A stretch of DNA of 64,000 bases from Octopus vulgaris (taxonomy: Eukaryota): contig OX597819.1 in assembly GCA_951406725.2 (NCBI GenBank), forward strand, positions 106,950,001 to 107,014,000, given 5' to 3'. The position numbers and the translations under genes are program-made. Shown piece after piece: positions 54,670 through 64,000 of this stretch; the first letter of the stretch is position 1; each line of letters starts with the position of its first letter. The notes under the pieces are model-generated. The model searched no databases. It had not been told where the DNA came from and saw nothing but the letters and a program-made list of their open reading frames with translations.

Positions 54670-55520
54670 AATTAAGAGCATTGATAAGATTACGCTTGAA
54701 AATTCTTATAATAATTGACATGTTATACATAATAGGGGAAGATATACTCCTTGCATAAATTCTGAAAATCATAGTATGGATTATGAGTATGGATTTTAAT
54801 AACACAGATACGTGGTTGTTCATCATCCATTTTGCAAGTCAGATTAAAAATAAAATAGTCAAATCCATTTACCGGTCAATAGAGGAACATTTAAATAAGT
54901 ATAGTGAAATCATTAATTCTAAATCTATAAGAGTTGGTCATTCCCTATCGAAGAATGTTTTTGCAATTATATCCTCAATTAATAACAGAAAATTTGATAC
55001 TTTTTATAACAGATGTAACTTATATAAAAATGTTGTTAGGGTAAGTTACAATAACAGAAGGCATATGACCGATATTCGCAATCTTCCTAACCATTATAAT
55101 ACAAAAATTAAAATTAAAATGATTTTATTAATAATAGCGCTAATGTAAATTGTGATTATAGAATTAAAGAAAATTGTAAACTTAACAATAATTATAAACA
55201 AGATAACTTGGTATATAGGTGTATAGTTACATCTGAAGAGAAGGGATACCATTACATAGGTTCAACCGAAACGAGATTTAACGAAGAATTGCAAACCATG
55301 AAAGTTGTCTCAGAAATAGACATAAGATTAATAATACTAGTTTCAGCAAATTTATATGGAAGAAAAGATTATACGATTAGATCGGAGGTTGTAAGCCATG
55401 CCATGGCTTACCGTGTTTCGGATAGGAAATGTCGTTTATTCATCGAAGAGACTTTTCAAATATTAAAATCAAAACATAAATTATAAAAGAAAATATTTTA
55501 GCTTGTTTCCACTACTCGAA
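54670..55520 (+). mobile_element. Decayed Penelope-like element (linker plus GIY-YIG)
   Basis: TWLFIIHF...EHLNKYSEIINSKSIRVGHS, VYRCIVTSEEKGYHYIGSTETRF, RKCRLFIEETFQIL; same type as 42230-43130. The AT-rich region to ~58150 may be its 3' region. Confidence 0.85.
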
Positions 55521-56349
55521 ATATGTTTTTAGAAAATCTAATTAATTAGTTGATTAATATTAAACTGAGAATTGCAAGTACAGACCTGTTACCACTACAC
55601 GAAATACGTCTTTAGAAATGAAAATTATGAGTATAAATAAGATATAAAATAAATAGTAATAATTAAAGCATGTTACATCTAAACAAAATTGATTAACTTT
55701 GAGAAGATGAATATATTTATTTGTTGTGATTAATATAAATAAAATTTTAGAACATCAAATAAATTTATTAAATAAATAATAAATGTAACCAAACTGTAAC
55801 TTGCGATTAACCTAAAATATGGTCTAGAAAATTAAATAAACTTATTAAATAGATAATAAATTAAATCTAACTAAAAAATACAAAAATAAAACTATGTCTT
55901 AAAAACCAAGCATAAATTAAAATTATTGGAAATAACAATTATATAAAACATATACTATATTATATAATGCTTAAATTTCGTTTCAATAATATCAAATACG
56001 AATTTGATAGACAGTATATCTATCAGATAGTATAACTACGTTTGAAAGTAAGCAGGAATATTAATTATGCATGGTTAAAAGCAAAAATATATATAATATA
56101 TGCTACACTATATTATATAATATTTAAATATATGTTTAATAATAATAATGATAATAATATGGAGCATCGAAAGTTGCTAATTAACCAAATAGTATGATGC
56201 ACTTGAATTTTAATACAAATTTTAGGAATTAAAAATTTGTGTAATTACTCTAACCTAATATAACTGTACTTACAAACATATGTTAAATATAACATAATTT
56301 AATCATAAATAACATACATTATGTTATGTTATATAATACTTAAAAATCA

Positions 56350-56352
<3 letters not shown>

Positions 56353-56430
<78 letters not shown>
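56353..56430. repeat. (TAA)n microsatellite
   Basis: Direct reading. Confidence 0.95.
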
Positions 56431-56432
<2 letters not shown>

Positions 56433-56718
56433 CTGAGTATTGATGTTTATTAATTAATCGTATATTACACATTTTAATTAACATACACATACTACAAAGC
56501 TATCAATGAAATCAATTTTGATTATGTAAATACACCAAATAAATCCACGTAATAATCATTAATGAATAGAGCAGGCCCAAATATGAATAGTGCATCATGC
56601 CAACATGTACTTAAAAGTATTAATATATAATATTATAATATAATAACTAGCAGTAAATATAATCATTAACATATGTAGTTTAATAAACTTTCAATAATTT
56701 ACATATGCACTTAAGAAC

Positions 56719-56790
<72 letters not shown>

Positions 56791-56860
56791 TATATAGTTA
56801 TTTATTTATTTATTTTTATATATATATATATATACCAATACATAAATAGGTAATATATAC

Positions 56861-58145
56861 ACATACACACGTATGCACATATGTAAGCATATATTTATGC
56901 ACATACACGATCGCAAATGTATTAAACATACTTATATATCTAAATATAAATGAAGATATAATTAATTACTCTTTAATCAACATAAATGCATAATTGAGAA
57001 GTAATATAACAACTTACGAAGTAAACACACACAATAGCACTAAACAATGACATCCGTACTTATTTAATATGCATATATGCATTTCATCACATATATATAA
57101 GCACACACGTAACCACATGAACATAGATTTATTTCAATTTATTGAGCTTTAGTATATTCTCTTTTATTTAATTTATTTCATTGTATAATTATTTTAGTTG
57201 TAATTCAATTTATTATTTTAATTTTTAATTTTTATATTTATTTCATTTTTATTTTATCTTCATTTAATTTTTGTACATATATACATATATACCTAAAGAA
57301 AGGAACACATATACCCATACACGTGAATATTGATGCATGAATTATTGACATCCATACTTATTGCGTGTATATATATATATATATATATACGTAAACACAA
57401 TCGCACATGCAAACGAGTATAAAATAGTAATAATTTTAACGCGTTCACACACACATATACATATACACATGATAAACGTGTCTATATATTTTGAGTATTC
57501 TAAACGTATCTTAATGTAATCATTGTATTGACCTTTGTAGATTCTGAAGATTTTCCATAAATTTGCTAAATTATATATTTATATATGTCCTGCAATTATA
57601 ATATTACTTGTGAAATGAAACAATTATAGGTGAATATGTTAATTTGTTAATGAATTAATTTTATCCATGAGATCTCATTGTTTTCTAGTTCGATTATAGT
57701 ATTTGATACACGCGATATTTTATATGATATATTCATTGAGAAATATCTCTTCAAAATATGATATATTAAAGTAGTGTATCTTGGATATAAATCCCTACAA
57801 GATGTTTAAATATCCTCATTGCGACTATATATATGCGTCTATGTGAGTTTATGTCTGTACGTATATGTATAATCATAATAATAATAATAATAATAAAACA
57901 TTCATTTTGAAAATAGGATAACATCTTTATATTTAGCAAATAGTTAGCGTGAAAAACCTCATAAGGGAAAAATACATCAGATATATATATACTAATACAT
58001 AGATAATATATACACATACACACGCATGCACATGTGTAAGCTTATATTCATGCACATGAACGATCGCAAACGTATTAAACATACTTTAATATCTAAATAT
58101 AAATGATGATATGATTTATTACCCTTTCACCAACAGGAATGCATA
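56861..58145 (+). repeat. ~130-bp direct repeat (56861-56992 and ~58015-58145)
   Basis: Both carry ACGATCGCAAA(T/C)GTATTAAACATACTT...ATCTAAATATAAATGA.GATAT. Confidence 0.9.
57526..57636 (+). ncRNA. Hammerhead-like motif with long stem II (degenerate)
   Basis: CTGAAGATT...AATGAAAC-AATT-ATA/GGTGAATA; same frame motifs as 51761-51852; TATTGACC/GGTGAATA can pair. Confidence 0.4.
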
Positions 58146-58205
58146 GTAGTTTTGACTTTAAGAGTCCCTCCTAGTGTGTCGCATTTATGTATAGTAATGC
58201 CCTCA

Positions 58206-58255
<50 letters not shown>

Positions 58256-58387
58256 ACAATGGGGATTCTTAAAGCTGTTATGGGGATATTTTATCCGAGA
58301 TACACTGGATTAATATAATATAGTTTCCAGATATATTTCTTCAATGAATATATTATATTGATAATATTACGATTATTATCATTACTA

Positions 58388-58552
58388 GAGCAGCGAACTG
58401 GCAGTATCGCTAGTGCGTTGGACGAAACGCTAAGCGGTATTTCACCTGTTGCTACGTTCCGAGTTCAAATTTCGCCGAGCTCGACTTTACCTTTCATATT
58501 TTCAAGGCGATAAAATAGGTACCAGTTGAACACTGGGGTCGATGTAATCGGT
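58388..58552 (+). mobile_element. SINE family 2, diverged copy
   Basis: TACGTTCCGAGTTCAAATTTCGCCGAG...CACTGGGGTCGATGTAATCG matches 51487-51650. Confidence 0.85.
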
Positions 58553-58594
58553 TCATGATCTTATCCAAACAACTGCTCTTGTAGCAAAATTTTA

Positions 58595-58666
<72 letters not shown>

Positions 58667-58700
58667 CATCATCATCATTATTATTATTATCATCATCATC

Positions 58701-59027
58701 ATCTTTTGGATTTCTCGGAGACATGGTTCTCCTGGGATATTATATAAATATTTCTGACATCCATTTTTTATCATACTAAGGGCACCCATAATAACAGGAA
58801 CAATTTTCGCTTTATGATGCCATATATGTGGCATTACAATTTACTGGTTCTTAAATTTACTTAATTTGTTAAATTCCTTCATCGATGTATTTTTATCAGT
58901 GGGAATACTTACATCTATTAGTCAACAAATATTTTCCTCCCAATCTTTAATGAGTATGTCTAGTCGATTAGCCTGGATCGGTCTGTCGTTGTTGACTGGA
59001 AAATCCCAGATGTTATCAATATTTTTA

Positions 59028-59028
<1 letters not shown>
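58701..59028 (-). mobile_element. R4/Dong-like retrotransposon internal fragment (second copy)
   Basis: Parallels ~59290-59620 (WDFPVN...IVPVIMGALSMIK); bounded on both sides by (TAT)n. Confidence 0.85.
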
Positions 59029-59088
<60 letters not shown>

Positions 59089-59790
59089 GTCATTTACTTT
59101 TAATCTGCATGTTTGATGCAATCACTTGCCAGGGCACACCCAGTACCCTAGGGCAAGTGAAGGTTAAGAGTTGTTGAAATATAGCTGAAAGCTTGGGGAG
59201 GGGAAGTAGAGAAATATCTCCATGTAATACAACACAAACATTTACATTGATAGGGTTTTTCTAAGGATGTGGGCACTACTTGTTAGCACAATCTTTTAGA
59301 TTTCCGTGAGACATGGTTCTCCAGGGATATTGTCTAGGTGTTTCTGACATCCCTTTTTTTATCATACCTAGGGCACCTACAATAATAGGAACAGTTTTTG
59401 TTTTAAGATTCCACATCTTTTGTATTTCGATTTCCAGGTCCTTATATTTACTAAGTTTGTCAAATTCCTTTACAGATATGTTTTTATCAGTGGGGACGCT
59501 TACCTCTATTAGTCTGCAGGTATTTTCTTCCCTGTCTTTAACAATTATGTCTGGTCGATTAGCCTTGATCGTTCTGTCAGTGTTGACTGGAAAATCCCAG
59601 AGGAAGGTGACATTTTTACCTTCAACAACTGGTTGAGGATGGTGTTCATACCAGTTAGTAGGAGTGCCGAATTTGTAGTGTTTACATATCTTCCAATGTA
59701 TATACTGTCCTAAACTATCGTGGCGTTTTTTTTCGTTTGGTGTCAGCACAGGACATCCCGAAACGAGATGGTCTATTGTTTCGTCAAATG

Positions 59791-59792
<2 letters not shown>
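59089..59792 (-). mobile_element. 5'-truncated R4/Dong-like non-LTR retrotransposon (zinc-knuckle end, restriction-like endonuclease, 3' UTR)
   Basis: ETIDHLVSGCPVL...RHD...IHW...WYEH...LWDFPVNTDRTIKANRPDII...IEVSVP...KLSKYKDL...VPIIVGALG; flanked by (TAT)n at 59029-59088 and 59793-59840. Confidence 0.92.
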
Positions 59793-59842
<50 letters not shown>

Positions 59843-62800
59843 ATTGGTTAAGACAATTTAATTTAGCGTCATGCAGGTCAGTATTTTCCATGATTGTAAC
59901 AGAAATCTAAGTCGTTCAGACTCAAATTATGGAAAGGCAAACTACAAGATATCTAAGATGGCTACTGGAAAATGGACTATTTGGGATCTAGGCAGATCAC
60001 ATGGTATTTTAGAAGTGAGATCAGTATTTCATTGATACCAGATACTCTAAAGAGGAAAATTTATTGGACTTGCACGGCTGTTCAGGAACGTGGTGGCCAA
60101 AAGGTGCTTAGCGGGCATTTGAAGTGAGTTGGAAGCAGACAAAAGCAAGGCCGGTGAGTGTGTATATATGTGTATATCAGATGTTTTTGTCTGTAGATGT
60201 GGGTGTGTTATTGATGGGTGAATGTGTGTGCTTCTATATGTGTATGGATGTGTATATGTGTATGTGTGTGTAAGCTTGCTGTACACACTTGCGTGTGTGA
60301 GCATTCCTAGGATGCATGTATGGGTCTGTTTATGTATGTACATTCTTGTATATGTATAAACGTATGATTGTGTGCGTAGGTGTGTTTTTGTCTGGTGTGT
60401 TTGTGCGTGTCTGCGTGTATGTGTGTATACGTGTGTGTGTCTGTGTGTGCATGTGTACCTATATATGCATACGTTTGGCATTTATGCGTGCGGGCGTAAC
60501 ATGTGTATGCTAATGTTGTTGCAACAGAGTTCATGGGAGACAGATGGGCGTTGGAATAAGGCTTGGTGGTGTAGGAAAGGGAAGGGAAGCTAAAAGTATA
60601 TGTACATAGGCATGTGTGTGTGAGTGCGGGTGTGCGTGTATAGATGTATGAACATATGAGTATATATATATGTGTGTGTGTATGCACCACATACACACAC
60701 ACGCACACAACACACATGCGCCCGCCCGCACAAGCCCACATGTTATTGGAAATTTTGATTGAATGATTTAACGCGCCAGCTATCAGCTTTGAATTCAATG
60801 CATGGTATGCAATTATGCGAAATAACAAATTCACGGCAGATTATAAGTATCAATTATCTACAACATTGTAGATCTATCCGAGAGTTTCGGTGTGATATAA
60901 GATATGAATATCGTTTTTGTATTAACATTTCCTTCTTGGTAATTCACATATTAAAAAAAAAAACAATTCCGAGACATGAATAAATATATGAAATCTCACA
61001 TAATAAGGAAAATTTCGCTGAAAAATGCAGTTAAAATTGCATAAAGAACATTGCAACCATTCGAAATGGAGATTTTTTGATGATGAGAATAGCGTACGCT
61101 AAAAGAAATGATTTAAACTCTAAATTTTCAACATATATGGATGTAAGTTTGACGTAAGCATTATAGTGGGATACAATGGGAATTGAAAGCAATATAGATA
61201 ATTTCAATATTACTATTGGCAATTATATATATTCTATGTTTCTGGTAATTCAACGGCTTTTAATTTGTTTAAATGAACGTTGAATTTAGTTATTTGTATA
61301 AATAAGATGTACGTATCATGATCTATAGCAAGAATGGGGATAGATTGTTTTAATAGAAGCCACGATATGTGTGCGCGTGTCTGTGAGTATGCATGTGTGT
61401 GTGTGTATATACATACATTTATCGATAAACTTAATCGTACAAACATATATTTTAATATGTGTGTTGAGTAAGGAATTTATGAATCAACGCTCTATTTTTA
61501 AATAGACATAGATTGTTGAGTCAGTTCGTCCCCGGCTCGATTCAGGTACGTAATTTTAACATACCACAAAAATGGCGAAATATCTATATCAATCGCTCCT
61601 GAGTGGCAGTGGATGCGAGTTTGCTGCTCTTGCGAGAAAATCTTGTGTATTACAACTCGCCTTTTCTCTTTCGCAACTTAAAACCTTTTTGTCTTGTCAA
61701 GAGAAACCAGAATATTGTTCAGCACAACGAATCTAGTCAGTCGACCTGTGTGGCTCAACCTGGTCGCCTCAGATGTCCTGCATTCTGTAGGTGTTGAAAC
61801 AGCAGTATTTTTATGTGTCAATGTTATGTTCTATTTAAAGTGGCCGAAACATTCTGCCTGTTTTCTTGTCAAACTACTCAGTGCGATGTTGGAGTCGTCC
61901 ACAAATCGACACTGCAGTGAACTAGTGAACATGCTAAACACACCGAGTACGTGAGATCGATAATATATATGTGTATGTATATATGTGTGTGTCTGTGTGT
62001 GTGCGTGTTTCTATATATATATGTATGTATGTATGTATACACACACATAGATACACATACACATACATAGGTACTCATATATGTGTGTTTAAGTGTGTGT
62101 GCCTTGTTACGCGAAGATGTTATTTACATAAACAACTTAAGTTAAACATTGGTATATGATTGCATTAATATCCCTATTTTCCTATATATACTCTTACAAT
62201 ACTGATACAAAATATAGCACATTATTTCTGATATATTCGCTCCTATCAAAGGGGAAAACATTGACCCAAAATTATAGGTAAGATAATGATCTAAAGAATT
62301 CTTACTACTACTTATTCTACCATTTTTATTTTGTAATTATTCTTCCTAGAATATTTAGCTGTTTCATTTGCTTGCATGTATTTCTTACCTCTTGTACTAT
62401 GTTGTTATACAACTACTTTTGGTAATTCTCTATAATTTTTGTCATCGAGCCCGCCTACCAGACGCTGACATGATTATATCATTTGTATCGTGTTTCTCTT
62501 ACAGTGAAACAAACATATGCACTGCATATATGCATGTACTATGAGTCACTGCACATCTACACACACACATATGTATATGTATATAGACACACATACACAC
62601 ACACACAAAAAAAAAAATTGTTTGATTTATATATTACATTGAGCACTCTATTTCGTATAATACAGAGGGACTAAATGACGGTAAACCCTGTTATATATTT
62701 ATTACTTTATATGAGAAAGAAAAATGTGGGTCCTGCGCTTCCTTTCTTGACTGTATAATACAAAAAGAAACTTTGTAGAAGCATTTTAATTATTTCGAAA

Positions 62801-64000
62801 AAAACCGTACCGCATAAAGATGAAAGTGGATTCTTGAGATTGACAATGAGGCATATTATCCTATTAACATTCGAATAAAACATCATGAACGAATGAAAAA
62901 ATATCATTAAAAATGGTTGACTTTCTTAGAAATCCATGTTAGTATCTCTAAACCAATTCAGTGTTATCTAAATCTAATTCATAAAATTCAAAGCATGTAC
63001 CATGGGAAAATGGAGATAATGGTATACCATTACGCTTGAATTCTATTCAGCAATAATATTACATTTCTTTTGTCATTCTCATTCTATTCCATTGGCATTC
63101 ATTTTTACGAAGGTTCCTCTCGTATAAAATATTGCATGATATGTTTGCTTGTTTTTTTTTTTTGTTTTTATTTTATCATATACCGAAATATATCCAGTAG
63201 TACTTCAAAAGAGCATTCAATTTAGACGTCCATTACGTTCACAATTATTATGAATTATTATTGTTAAATTTTTATTATTATTATTATTATTATCATTATT
63301 ATTATTATCATTATTTATTTATTTATTTATTTAAATGTGTGTATACGACGTATAAAAATGTGTGCATGCATAGACATACCCATGTATACATATACACATA
63401 TGTATATGCCTACACACAAATATATACATACTTACATATATATCCATATACCTATATATATATATATATATATGTATGTATAGGAATATGCATGCATGTA
63501 TGTATATATACGCGCGCGCACAAGAGCTGTCTAGCCATGTTTCTGAAACACATAAAAACACTATATTCTGTGTGAGTGTGTATATATGTGTGTGTGGGTG
63601 TGTAGAGAGTGTCTGTGCGTTAGCATATACGTACATATACATATATATTTATGTAATGAAACACCTACACACACACACAAGTACACACGCGCGAGAACTC
63701 ACACACACACACACTCACACATATATATCCCACATGTGTATATGTTTGCGCGCACGCGTGTGTGTAAATGTGAGATACAAGGACCACGCTGTAGGAAGCT
63801 TCAAGTAATCATTGGCAATACACCTTTCTTTGATTTCTAGATATTTTTGGAGACCTTACTTTTTGGTTTACCCGCGATATATGCGAAAAAACATCTAAAA
63901 TTTAGGAATGAGAGTAGGTAAACCCCAGGCTATATTATATACAAGTATTACAATGAAAAATGCGAGTGCATGTATGTTAATATTCTTAAGTTATAACACC

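Overview
AT-rich, microsatellite-dense eukaryotic non-coding DNA (intergenic or a large intron). The SINE families and (TA)n/(CA)n density suggest an octopus/coleoid cephalopod genome; this is inferred from pattern recognition only. I found no supportable host exon, tRNA/rRNA gene or CRISPR array, and nearly all tracked ORFs are microsatellite translations or transposon remnants. Recognisable content: at least three tRNA-derived SINE families; two CR1/L2-group LINE 3' ends; an RTE LINE remnant; two R4/Dong-like pieces in (TAA)n; four Penelope-like (GIY-YIG) remnants plus solo pseudo-LTRs; a Helitron; mariner, Tc1-like and Tigger remnants; and a Gypsy 3' LTR. The most notable signals are (1) about eight hammerhead-ribozyme-like motifs of several non-canonical architectures, mostly tied to Penelope-like termini, (2) a covarying 3' stem-loop tail shared by the main SINE and two different LINEs, and (3) several long inverted repeats able to form dsRNA. 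All coordinates were read by eye, and the ends of decayed elements are approximate.
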